A DNA stretch of 64,000 nt from Dipteris shenzhenensis (taxonomy: Eukaryota). Where the stretch lies: assembly GCA_047967505.1 (NCBI GenBank), contig CM106538.1; one strand, written 5' to 3'. Of this stretch, positions 49,358 through 62,490 are shown piece by piece. The position numbers were made by a program, and so were the translations under genes. Under the pieces are notes generated by a model that searched no databases, had not been told where the DNA came from, and saw only the letters and a program-made list of their open reading frames with translations. Position 1 is the first letter of the stretch; each line of letters opens with the position of its first letter.

Positions 49358-50784
49358 TTTCAGAGGGAAAGCTATCAAACTTGGATCACACTTGGGAAGT
49401 GTTTCTACAATGGCATCACGCTACCATGAGCTTGTAGTTTAATTTTGTAGTCTGAATCTTCGGCATCATCACGAGGCCGAATGTTGGATGTAAATAGCTT
49501 TCGCCACCATCAATTTATTTGGATAATATATGCAAATTAATCAATTGAATGCAAGCTATCGAGTGTGCAAGTTAAGCTGGAGGAGATGCAATTTAAGCTG
49601 GAGGAGATTGGCTATTCAGGTCCGTTCTACTCGTTGCTCTCTTAAACCAACTCTTTTGTAGAAGTGGTTTTACAATTGTGCTCATGTCTTCTTCCGAACC
49701 AGCATAGACCGTAGGTGTATAAAATGAGTAGTGAGGCTAGTCATATTGAAATTCTTGTATGGAAGGATATTACGAGTTACTACAAGTTTACACGTCTAGA
49801 CATGTGCTTGAACGTCTGTACCAAACGAAGTACCTGCATTTGTGGGGACTTGTGAAGTTTGGTCTTTCAGTAGCCCCCCTGCTAGGATACCATATGCCTC
49901 TTGTATTGCCACTTTTGGAAACGGCTCATCAGCCACTTATGTACAAGTTTTTCCAATATACTGCCTGTGAATTTGTGGTCACTTTAAAAGTTCCGGAATA
50001 ACTCCTTAGCTCACCTTATGTTTATTTGTGGATGAGGTATTGGCGAACGACGTGTCCTTAGACTTCTATATAGTGTATTGTAATAAACACATGGTTTCAT
50101 GTATGTGTATTTGATGGAAAGGATCATTTTGTATAACACACCGTTATCAACATGCTTTAGACTTTTTACTACTTGTTTTCCTCACCAACAAACATCTCCA
50201 ATGCTGCATAATGGTCAGATTTCTGCCAATGTAGAGCACATTTCATTCATGTAGATGCATGTCCATATGGGACACTTCCATCTTCTTTCTATTCTTTAAG
50301 GAAAGGATCCACCTCGAGCGTTGTGGAGGTTTGGAGAAGGGAGCTTCATAGGAGGTTCGGGAAATGGAGGAGTTTCTAGGCTCGGAGGAGAAATTCTAGA
50401 AGGATTCTTAGATGTTTGGGGGAGGCTCCGGGAGGAATTCTAGAGCACCAAGCTAGAGTGGGAGGTAGGGGTGCGTAGGAGTGCCATGTGGTGCAAGGAG
50501 AGGGTCTGCAGACTCCAATAGAGGGCAGACTAGCGTAGTGGAAGAAGGGCAGAGGGCAGAGGGCACATGGGGTTGATAGAAGGAAGAGGGCGCGGTTGCG
50601 GCCGTGGCCGCGGCACAGCGACAAGTGGTGGAGAAGTATGATGGCTGATGCAGTGAGTAGGTGGGCACAAGATAGCACGCCAATGGCCAGCATCGCCCCG
50701 CAGCAAAGCGACATCTATGCACACGGATCAGTTTGCTCTGTCCAGGTGGCAGCACATGAGGGAACTCTGTGCTGCTAACATCCA

Positions 50785-51084
50785 TCTTCTCAAGTTATGC
50801 TCAGTCATCTGGCACGGGCTTGTGTTAATGTATTTAAACTCTCTTGTGCTGCTCATAAGTGGTAGTGAAAGTGCAAGGTAGATTACGTGTTGTGCACTAA
50901 TATATTGTGTGCTAAGTATTGCATTTTCCATTCTTTGTTCTCTTTCGTTGGTTGGTGCTCCTATTTTGATACATTGGGATAGTGCATCCTTAATTGCATT
51001 AGACATTGCTTTATTTGCTTTTGCCATGTACGATCTGCAATATGCCACAACTCCATGAGGGTTTAATATGAATTGTATATTGTC
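50785..51084 (-). mobile_element. Helentron/Helitron2 Rep-domain fragment
   Basis: DNIQFILNPHGVVAYCRSYMAKANKAMS...ISAQHVIYLALSLPLMSSTREFKYINTSP matches the DIQ...YxxxYxxK...SAQEA...LPL..SSR...FINT pattern around the catalytic tyrosines. Confidence 0.7.
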
Positions 51085-51299
51085 AGTGTTAGCTTGCTAG
51101 AGTTGTGATATTTTTGGGTTGAAGTTATTTGTGTCTGTGCAAATTGGCGGACTCTGCGCAGTGTGACACTTGACGAGCTCAGATCTTGGACTATGCAAGA
51201 TAGCGCGGTTTGGATGGTGTGGCAATAATTGGCAGATTGCACAACTGCGATGTGGCAAGATACCAAATGACGTGGCAGTGAATTAACACATGTACAGAG

Positions 51300-51537
51300 G
51301 AGAGAGAGAGAGAGAGAGAGGCGGAGGGGATAGAGATTTTATATATCTTATAATAAGAAAAAAATATATGTTTTTCATTTCTATTTAGTATTTAATATAT
51401 ACACATATAAACATATAGATAGATATATAAATAGATAGAGGCAGAGGGGATAGAGATTTTATATATCTTATAACAAGAAAAAGATATATGTTTTTCATTT
51501 CTATTTAGTATTTTATATATACACATATAAACATATA

Positions 51538-51569
<32 letters not shown>
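51300..51569. repeat. Tandem duplication of about 118 bp flanked by (GA)n microsatellites
   Basis: GAGGGGATAGAGATTTTATATATCTTATAA...ACACATATAAACATATA at about 51324 and about 51444. Confidence 0.9.
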
Positions 51570-51571
<2 letters not shown>

Positions 51572-54206
51572 TTGTTAGTTTTTTACAAAGATGCACACAT
51601 AGATTTCATCGTTCGTATGAAACGCACACATAACCATATCTAGCTAATCACAGGCGATGACACTTTGATGTTCCTCCCAGCGAACCTTTGTGACAACAAG
51701 CTCGTATTCATAATCTCTCATGTCTCATGTGTGTTCAGACGAAGCCCAAATCCTTAAAAGATTCTACATGCCACATGTCACAACTCTAGGGTCAATCCTT
51801 TGTGCACCATTTATCCCTCTCCTCCTCTCTTGGAGTATCATTAAATTCTATTTGCCCCTTGGCAATTACATAATTTGATGCCCCTAGACCCCTGACCTTT
51901 AGAACCATCTAGTTAGTGTCAATTTTCCCTCACCAAGGACCTTGACATTGATTCCTTTAACCATATGCTTGAAGCGCAATAAAATATAATACAAAAGTTC
52001 GTCCTCTAAAGAAAAATGTCCACCGACTTTTCCGAGGTCATGTTATCTAGGCTTGAGCATAACATTCCTTCCCTCTTCAAGTATCATCATCCTCGACGAT
52101 AAAATCTAGGATTGCTACTCTCTGCATCTCTGGTACATGGATTCCTAGGTAGCCTCAGATAAAGATAGACCATGCCATGCACCAACAGCATGGGTATCTT
52201 TCGATTACGTACTTGCATTGTTTGTCGGTCCGGGATTCTTGTTGGTTTGGGCCTTGCATTATCCTTGAGAGTGCTCTCAATAGAAGCAGAATGGAAGAGA
52301 GAGAGAGAGAGAAACACAGAGCCACACAAGTTTTTGGTGGGTGCAGAACACCCTAATCTTCTTTTTCATTCATTTATATATGTGTTTGAGTATTGTACAT
52401 AACCGGGGTAAAGGCACAGTGATCTTTAACCCCCACAACCTCCCACTTAAAGGACAATGTGCCTTTAAGGGAGAACAACCAGTGAGCATACTATCCAATG
52501 CCTATCAATACACAACAAAACTCAAATCGCTGACTAGGTAGACTCTTCGTCAGCATATCTGCAGGGTTATCATCTGTATAAACCTTGACAAGCTCTATGC
52601 GCTTGTCCTCAAGTACCTCCCTGATGAAATGGTACCTGACCTCAATGTGTTTGATCTTTGCATGAAGGACCGGATTTTGTCCTAGCTGAATAGCACTCAT
52701 GGGATCACTATGCAATGTCGATACACCTGTATGATTCCTCAAATCTCCCACTAGCCGATCAAGCCATATAGCCTCCTTGCAGCCCTATGTGGCTACAACA
52801 TACTCACCCTCTGTGGTAGACAAAGCAACGCACTTCTGTGTGCAAGACATCCTCGACATTGCACCACCTGCAAAGGTGAACACATAACCAGAAGTGGATC
52901 TCCTACTATCCACATGCCCTTGCATAGTCTGAATCTGTGTACCCAAACAGATGCACATCTCCTTGGTACCCTTCATGTACCTCATGATGCACTTAACTAC
53001 CTCCCAATGCCTCTTTCCTGGATTAGCCGTATACCGGCTTACAACTCCCACTCTGCAAATGCAATGTCTTGTCTAGTAGCTATCATAGCATACATAAGAC
53101 TCCCAACCGTTGATGCATAAGGGACCTTCACCATCATGGCCCTCTCCTCATCTGATTTGGGACTATCTATATGACTCAGTTTCACATATGGAGGAAATGG
53201 AGTACTCACTGCCTTTCCCCCTCCATATTGAAAGGTTGCAATACTTTTGTAACATACTCCTTCTATGAAAGCCAAAGGAGTTTCCTACTCTGATCACCCA
53301 TGATGTGCATACCAAGAATATGATCTGCAAATCCCAAATCCTTCATATCAAAGGCCTCATGCAACTTGGCCTTTAATGCATCTAGTTCATAAGTAATCTT
53401 AGTAGCCAATAGCATATCATCCACATATGGTGCCAGGAGTATCAGGCTATTATCAATTTCACTCCTTCTAAAACCCTGGGACCGAATGAAAGCATCAAAC
53501 TTCTGATACCATTCTGTAGGCGCTTGCTTAAGACCATAGAGACTCTTCTTTAGCTTGCAAACTAAATGCTCTTTGCCCTTTTCTTCAAAGCCTTCCAGTT
53601 GCACCATGTAAATTTTCTCATGCGAATCCCCATGCAAGAAAGCTGTCTTGACATCCATCTGCATAAGCTCCATATCCTCTACTGCCACTAGACCAAGCAT
53701 GCATCTAAGTGTGGTCATCTTCAAAAGCGGAGAGAATATCTCATTACCCTTCTCTTACTTGAACCCTTTAGTGAAACGGGCCTTGTACCTAGGCACATCA
53801 TCACCTGTGACCTTCATCTTGTAGACCCATTTACATGGCAATGCTTTCTTTCCATGTGGCAAAGAAACCAAGTCCCAAGTCTTATTCTTCATAAGTGAAC
53901 TCATCTCTGATTGCATATAGCATACTCCCACTTGCGTTGATCCTCGCGCATCATAGCCTCTTTATAGCAAGAAGGCTCCTCGCAATCAGTAAGCATTACA
54001 TAGTCTACCCCTCGAACAAACCTATCAGCCGGTCTAGACACTCTAGATGATCTTCTCAAGGGCATTTTAGCTTGCTATCCCACCTGCATATCAGCCACAT
54101 TTGGCTCATCATTTCCACCAATAGATGATCCATCGTCTACCCTTGATTGTATACATGTGGGAGTAGTTGGTGGTACCATTTCTTGCACATTTGTTGGTGC
54201 ATGGAC

Positions 54207-57200
54207 TGTGAAGATAGTGGGAGAGAGGGAAGGAGTCTCACTTGAGGCTTTCTCACAATCACAATGGGGGAATACACACAAAGGTGGAGGCTGAAAACAG
54301 TTTTCCTCTTCTTAGTTGTGAAAGCCAAAAGAACTCTGGTACAAAGAAATAGAAGAACCCTATATGTGGGTCTCAAACCAAACTGAAATAACTAAGGTGG
54401 CATACTAACTGAGCCACGAACTAGTGTAGATAAGGATAGCTGTCATCTAGCTATTATTCGTGGGCGGTGTACCAACCGCATCTCCAGCTAACAAGTCGGT
54501 GACATAAATACACAACGGTCACCCTGGCATATCATGAGTGGAGCTCGATATCTCAACACTCCCCCTCGAGCTCAATCCCAATTCCTGCACACACCAAGCA
54601 AGTCTCTGAACTTGCGCAGCTTCTCTGCGCCCAATGCTTTCGTGAATATGTCAGCTACCTGATCCTCTGTGTTGACATAAACTAGATCAATAAGACCTAG
54701 TAAAACCTTCTCCCGCACATAGTGATAATGCACCTCAATGTGCTTTGTTCTAGCATGAAAGACTGGGTTCTTTGCCAAGTGTATGTTGCTCATGTTGTCA
54801 CAATAAATGACAACTGGCCCATATGTAGACTGATGCATATCATAGAGTAGCTTATGCAACCATGCTACCTCACATGCAGCCATTGCTGCACCCCTGTACT
54901 CAGCCTCTGTGCTCGACAAGGCAACTGTAGGCTGTTTCTTGCTGCTCCAAGTGACTGCAGCACTCCCAAAAGAGAACACATATCCATTGGTAGATCGTCT
55001 ATCAGAAATACTACCAGCCCAATCGGCATCAGTGTATCCATGCAACTGTATCTGAACCCCAGCCTCATAAAATAGTCCATACTGCAATGTGGACTTCACA
55101 TACCTGAGTATGCGTCTAGCCGCATCCAAATGCGATTTCCTTGGAGCCTGCATAAACTGACTTACCAACCCAACAGCATAGCTCAAATCTGGCCTGGTAA
55201 TAGTCATGTAAATCAAACTTCCTACTATGCGTCTGTACATAGTAGGGTCTTCTAGAAGCTCACCTGCATCTGCGCTCAGCTTCACATTCTGCTCCAAAGG
55301 AACTGAAATAGGCTTACAGCCTGTCATCCCATATTTCCCATATTTGGACAGCATGTCCAATCCATACTGCCTCTGCACAAGAGCTGTATCCCACTTGGTG
55401 ATCTAATCACCTCAATGCCCAAGAAATAACGCAGCTCTCCCAAATCCTTCATCTCAAACTTCTGCCTCAATAGCATTTTCACATGAAGGATATCTACATC
55501 ACTATCACCTGTGATGATCAAATCATCAACATAAATGACCAGCAGCATAATCCCTTTCTCTGTTTTTCTCACATAGAGTGAGAAATCTGCCTTGGAAATC
55601 TGAAAGCCAATAGTGACAAGATACTGTCCTATCTTGTCAGACCATGCTCTTGGTGCTTGCTTCAAGCCATACAAGGCTTTCTTCAACCTGCAAACAAACT
55701 CAGGATGAATAGCATGAACATAACCTGCTGGCTGCTCCATAAAGACCTCTTCTTGCAAATCACCATGCAAGAAGGCATTCTTTACATCCAACTGATGTAA
55801 AGACCATCCCTTTGATGCAGCCATAGCAATGGCTGCTCTTACGGTTGCCACCCTTGCAACCCGGCTGAAAGTTTCTTCATAATCAATGCCATATGTCTGT
55901 GCATACCCCTTGACAACTAATCTTGCCTTGTATCTATTCACAGAACCATCTGCATTGTGCTTGATCTTATAAACCCACTTACAGCCAATTGCATTCTTGC
56001 CTTTAGGCAAAGGCACCAATTCCCATGTAGCATTAGCATCCAAGGCATCCATTTCTTCATCCATGGCTTTCTTCCATTTTTCATTTCCCATGGCTTGCTC
56101 AAAAGAAGTGGGTTCTGGTTCCTGTATCACTTTGACCATATAGGCATAGTGAATGGCTGTAAATCCATCATATTTCAGCCTATCCACAGGATACCTAACC
56201 CTGGTAGACCTGCACAAAATAGGCTCACTTCCAAGTGCTCTCAAAACATCCCTGGTCTTCCTTACTCCAGGTGTAACAACAGAAGGAATACCCAACTCAT
56301 CATCAATGCTCTGTTCTGAGCCACTGGATTCACCATCCACATAAGAGTGACCTGCATTCACATCAAACATGGGCTGATCTACCTTCTCTTTTCCTTTTCG
56401 TGATACCTGCGTACCACTCTCTGCATTGCTTTGAGGGATTCTCCTGATCTCAATCTGCCTGTCCATGGCGAAGTATGTGAACCACTGGTAGAGGACACTC
56501 CAGGTCCACAGATATTTTGTGATTGCTGCTGTGCATTCTGTGCAGCATTACCATTTTGTGCATCTACATCAATCATCACATTTACTGGTTTATACCAGCT
56601 GCTCATCTCATCAAAAACAACATCTCTGCTCACTGTGAACTTTCGTGTAGAAGGGTTATAGCATCTATACCCTTTCTGCTGCAGAGAATAACCAATAAAG
56701 ACGCACTTCTCAGCTTTTGGATCCAACTTGGACCTCAACTCATCTGGCACATGGACATAGGCAATGCAACCAAAAATCTTCAAATGAGAAATATCTGGTT
56801 TCCTACCAGTATACATCTGCTCTGGCGTCATGCCATGTATTGCTGCAGTGGGAGTCCTGTTCATTATATAGACTGCTGTGCTTCAGCCCAATAATAATCT
56901 GGTAGATCTTTTTCATTTAGCATAGCCCGAGATACCTCTCCAATATGCCTGTTTTTTCTTTCTGCAATTCCATTTTGCTGTGGGGTATGACTGCATGAAT
57001 ATTGCTGCTTTATACCATGCTCCTGCAAGAACCTTGCAAACTCATTTGAGAGGTACTCTCCCCCTCCATCTGACCTTAGACATTTTATTTGCAGGCCTGT
57101 TTCTTTTTCAACCATAGCTTTGAAAGCTTTGAAGTGCCCAAACACTTCACTTTTCTTTTTCATAAAATACACCCACAGTTTTCTGCTGAAGTCATCAATA

Positions 57201-59775
57201 AATGTGACAAAATAGTGACAGCCTCCAATAGATGCAGCTTTTGTAGTCCACACATCAGAGTGGATTAATTCCAATGGCTTTTTACTCTCTTGAACATGCC
57301 TAAGAAAAGGTTTCCTTGCCTGTTTCCCAAATTGACAGGCTTCACAAACCTTGTGCATTTCTGCAACCTTGAATTTAGGCAATCCTGCAACAATATTTTG
57401 GGCTTGCATTGATTTTAGTCGCTGTATATTAACATGACCAATGCGTTTGTGCCAGATATCAATATCTGCAACTACACCGGTCCCATATGCAAACATTGCT
57501 GCACTCAATTCAGGCATGTCTGCATCCAACGTAAACATCCTGCCCTTCTTCTTTCCTTTTGCTATCAAGCGACCGTTATTTTTCATATCCTCAACAAAGC
57601 ATCCATGAGGATTAAATCTAACCTGCAAGCCCTGCTCAACCATTTGACCAACAGAAACCAGGTTCTTGGTGATGTTCGGGACATGAAATACATCAGACAA
57701 GTATTTCTTTTTCCCATCCTGCATAGACAAAGGAATTTTGCCAATCTGCACAATAGGATGTGCAGTATCATCACCAGTCTCCACAAATCCTGGTTTTTCC
57801 ATTTTTCTTGCATCCTGCATCCATTCAGCCATGTGGTTTGATGCACCCGAGTCAACATACCACACATCATTGCTTTCTTCTGCACTTGTTACAGAATTTG
57901 TCATATGCTGCACCATAAACAAATGCTTATTTGTGTCATCACCCTGTCTACTAGAGGATGCATAATTCCCTTGCTGCAATTTTCCACTCATAATGTCATT
58001 CTGCTTTTTGTAGCAGTCTTTAGCCATATGACCCATTTTGCCACAATAGTAGCATTCAACATTGCTGTTTGCATTTTGGCTTCTCTGCCATCCACCACGG
58101 CCTCTTTGGCTCCCCCTGCCTCTAGAGTTACCACGTCCTTCTGCATAGGACTGGTTTTCTTGCGTTTGCTGCATATTCTGATTTCTACCACGGCCTGCAG
58201 ATCGGCCTCCTCTACCTCTGCCTCTACCTCTGCCAGCATTTGAGTAGAAGACAGTTTCTTTTGAAGTTCCTGCTGAAGAAGATGCACCCCCATTTCTCTG
58301 CTCTTCAGAAATTAGAAGAGCAATCAACTCCTCAAAATCAGGAAAGTTTTCACGGACGGCAATGGATGTCCGGAACTGTGCATAATCCTTTCCTATACCA
58401 TTCAAGGTCACAGAAACCAAATCATCATCATCCACTGGCGACCCAATGGAAGCAAGTGCATCTGCAATTTTCTTCACTTTCATGTGGTAGTCATTTATGC
58501 TCAAATTTTCTCTCTGCACATTGTGCAACTCCTGTTTGAGTTGCATTTTCCCGGCTTGCGTATTTGTGCCATACATTTTTGCCAAAGTATCCCATGCCTC
58601 CTTTGGCGTATTTGCATCCTGAATATGCACAATCATGGAGTCCGAAATACTGATAGACAGCCAGTACATAACTTTCCTGGCTCTCTCATGCCATCCTTTG
58701 AATGCCTGCATTTCCTGTTGACTGGGAACATTAGGAAGAACAGGTTCTTCTTCATTTCCTGTAATGAATTCCCAATAGCCTTTTCCCATCAAGAAATTCG
58801 TCATTCTAAACTTCCATGCCTGGAAGTTGTTCTTGTCAAGCTTTTCAGTGACAATCTGTGAAAGAGAATCAGATACCATTACAGAACACTGCAAAATATT
58901 CTGTCACTGCAAAAAACATAGCTTTTGCCTCACACGGGCAGAACTGCAAAATTGACGAAGGTGGTATTTCACCACACAGTCACTTCCTAGTGACGATTTT
59001 GCATCAACAGGCAACAAGCATGAATCTGCAACTCCCAATATCTCTGCACACAGGCATACGATGCAATTTCTGCGGCACCTTTCCACCGACTAGCTGCGCA
59101 GTGGTCGCACAGCAAAAAATAGGGCCTTTTTCTAAGTGCCTGCGAAGAACTTCCGCCTTCAAAACGGGCCCCGAAACGGCCTCAAATCAGAAAAATAAAG
59201 TCACTAAGGGCTTTGCCCTTACCCGCAGCATATACTGCGCTCTCGCCACACCGCGAAGGGTGTCTCAATCTGAAACAATGCACTCCTGCACTTCTGGCTG
59301 TGCTACCTCCAGAGATTTGCTCCCAAACTCGAAATAGGAAAGCAACACTGGTCCTCTTACCAGGACACCACGAACTTGGCTTGCTTTCTTGAGCTCCTTA
59401 CCACGAACAAGGCTCTGATACCATGTGAAGATAGTGGGAGAGAGGGAAGGAGTCTCACTTGAGGCTTTCTCACAATCACAATGGGGGAATACACACAAAG
59501 GTGGAGGCTGAAAACAGTTTTCCTCTTCTTAGTTGTGAAAGCCAAAAGAACTTTGGTACAAAGAAATAGAAGAACCCTATATGTGGGTCTCAAACCAAAC
59601 TCAAATAACTAAGGTGGCATACTAACTGAGCCACGAACTAGTGTAGATAAGGATAGCTGTCATCCAGCTATTATTCGTGGGCAGTGTACCAACCGCATCT
59701 CCAGCTAACAAGTCGGTGACATAAATACACAACGGTCACCCTGGCATATCACGAGTGGAGCTCGATATCTCAACA
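54207..59775 (-). mobile_element. Complete Ty1/copia family A copy 3 (5569 bp)
   Basis: 5' LTR 59424-59775 and 3' LTR 54207-54558 (352 bp each, 5 substitutions by manual count). TSD TGGAC (54202-54206 and 59776-59780), PBS 59412-59423, PPT 54559-54567. Confidence 0.98.
54572..58879 (-). pseudogene. gag-pol polyprotein of family A copy 3, broken by three frameshifts
   Basis: ORFs 56864-58894, 56379-56864, 55324-56466 and 54572-55378 give GAG, CCHC, PR, IN, RT (YVDD) and RNase H in copia order. The frameshift near 55375 is a 2-bp insertion relative to copy 4. Confidence 0.93.
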
Positions 59776-59821
59776 TGGACAACTTGCTGTCTATCAACAT
59801 ATGCAGGTGGATTCACATCCT

Positions 59822-60990
59822 AGTGAGAGTAGGTGACATAAAGTTTTCTTTTGCAAATGGGTCTGCATTTATTTTGAAAAATGTGAGACATGTGCCTAAG
59901 CTGACCAAGAGTCTCATTTCAATGAGTCAGCTAGATGATGTTGGTTTTCAGACCATCTTTGGTTCTGGGAGTTGAAAAATTCAGAAGGGCTCTATGCTTT
60001 TGGCCAGGGGTGCCAAGTGTGGGACTTTGTATCCCTTGCATGTATTAGGGGTGTTTGATCATGTTGTTGCAATAACCGAGCAGCCAAGCACTTCTTTATG
60101 GCATTGCCGGTTGGGCCATATGAACCAAAATGGGATGAAACTCTTATGCCGTTTGGGTTATGTACCTCATTTCAGTTTCTCTGATTTTGAATTTTATGAG
60201 CACTGTCTCTATGGGAAGCAGACTAAATTAGCCCATAAAAGAAGGGAAAAGAAAGAGCTTGAAAAGCTTGATCTAGTGCATTCAGACGTATGTGGTCCCA
60301 TGCCTACATGGTCATTAGGCGAGGCTGAATACTATGTGACATTCATTGATGATGCAACTAGGAAAGCATGGGCTTATGCTATAGCTCGGAAGAGTGATGT
60401 GTTCTAGGTATTTCAGAAATGGATGGCCTTGGTTGAGAATCAGTCAAGTAGAACGCTTAAATGCCTACGGATTGACAATGGTGGAGAGTATCTCTCTCAT
60501 GACTTTCAGCATTTCCGTGATACACGTGGGATTAAAAGGGAGCTCACATCCCCTCGTACTCCAGAGCAAAATCTAGTTGCAGAAAAGATGAACCATACCA
60601 TTCAAGAAAGGTTGCAATGCATGCTTTCCAATGCAAGTCTTTCTGGTGGTTTTTGGGCTGAGGCAATGAAGACTGCAGTGCACGTGATCAATAGATCGCC
60701 TAGTAAGAGTTTGGATGGTGGTATTCCTGAAGAGGCATGGAGTGGCAAGAAGCCCTCTTACTCTCATTTGCATATATTTAGGTATGAGGCATATGCACAT
60801 GTGCCAAAGAGCTTCGAAAGAAGCTAGATCCTAAGTCTAGGAAATGGATCTTTCTGGGTTATGGTGAAAGTGGAGAGAGGGGCTATCGTCTCTCGGATCC
60901 AGAAGCAAAGAAGATCATACGCAGCCATGATGTAGCCTTCAATGAGAAGAAGATGCATAAGGCACCCATGAGGGATGTGGAAATGAGGAG
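59822..60990 (+). other. Internally inverted protease-tail and integrase segment of the minus-strand host copia
   Basis: The + strand carries VRVGDI...LWHCRLGHM...HSDVCGPM...FWAEA...MHKAPMRDVEMRR, while both flanks code on the minus strand. Confidence 0.85.
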
Positions 60991-62490
60991 AACATGGAAT
61001 GAAGCACCAGAATCCAAAATCCAACCCTGGGAATATGCATCATCTGAAGTGGTAAGCAACTCTGCATATAAACTAGACATGAATAGAATGTCATTATCAC
61101 TATCATGTGTGACTACATTGATCTCCTCAATCTTCACTTTTCCTTTGTCCTCCCTTGGACTCTCTTCCTTCTCATTTGCACCCTAATTTGCATTCTTTTT
61201 CTTATCCTTTTGCACTCTTTTAAGCTTGTAGCAATCCTTTTTCATGTGACCCTTCTTGCCACAATAGTGACACTCAATGTTCCATGCCTTGGACTTGCTA
61301 CGGGACTTCCCTCTTTCTTGAAACTTCCCCCTAGACTGTGATGTGCCCCTTTGCACATTTAAGGCTGCATCCTACTTGTGGCCTTCCATTGACTTCTGTC
61401 TAATCTCCTCAGCCAACAAGCTACCAACCACATCATCAAAGTTCAATACTCCACCAAGTGCAGAATTACTAATAGCAGTATGGAAAGTATCCCATGAGGA
61501 TGGTAATGAGCATAAGAGAAATATTGCCTTCATTTCCACATCCAAATTCAGCTTTTAAGCTTGAAGCTGATTGAAAATGATATTAAATTCATTCAAGTGC
61601 AAAGCTATGGATGCTCCCTCCATGTGCAGCTCAAACAATCTCTTCATGAGGTAGACTTTGTTTGAGGCAGTCTCTTTCTCATATGCAGCACACATCTTTT
61701 TCCATAAAGCTTCCGTAGTCTTTTCAGTGACTACTGTGAAATAAACTCTCCCCAAGATGAAGTCTAATGGTAGACTTTGCCAATGCATCCAACTCATTCC
61801 ATTCATCTGTGGACATAGCTGCAATCCCTTGCAAGGGTTTTATTTACTTCTTTTGAATAAGCACATCCCTTATCTGTTCTTTCCATAAAGAAAAGTTTGT
61901 TCCATCAAACTTTTTAATGTTGAAAATCTCCTTTTCAGACATGGAAGAGGATGCCATGATGCAAGTAAAGCAAAATCCCAAATGCTAGTGTCTACAAGAG
62001 AGAATCACACCAAATACCAGGTGCACCCAAATGTGTATGCCACAATAGAGTGAAATATCACCAAAACTCAAAGCTCAAAGCGTTAAAAGATACAGCTGAC
62101 TCATGTGAATGTACTATGCATCCATATGAACAAATCTGGCCCAAAAGAAAATGCCAACTGCAATGGCAATCCAAAATGCCAATAAGTGCAAATGGCTCAA
62201 GCATAAACACCGTCCATGGGCATATGCATCAACAATATCTCATCCAAGAGAGCATAATACTATTAGTGCATCATCTGCAATGTGTCAAAGCATCCATGTG
62301 CAAAGCGTCCATAAAAAATAGCATCCCACAAGGCAATCTGGGCCTATCAGTGCATCCAATAAGGATCACAATGCATCCAAATGGCCTATAAATCATCCAC
62401 TGCAACCCAATGCACACCATGAATGAGCGCACACGGCTCAAATTGCAACCAGAGTGATCTGCATAACGTATGCTCAAGAAATCATGGTCC

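Larger units (their letters stand above)
52292..62490 (-). mobile_element. Family C-like copia acting as host: 3' LTR 52292-52437, RNase H/RT 52491-54000, inverted integrase, gag about 61000-61958, and leader; interrupted by two family A copies
   Basis: PPT AAGTGGGAGGT followed by a 146-bp TG...CA LTR. QMDVKTAFLHG, YVDDML, GWILDSGASFH and YEKETASNKVYLMKRLF. The 5' LTR is not in the window. Confidence 0.88.

Noticed and set aside
54572-58894. Programmed frameshifting in family A pol
   Set aside because: The break near 55375 is a 2-bp insertion absent from copy 4 and the one near 56880 removes part of a conserved integrase motif, consistent with mutational decay.
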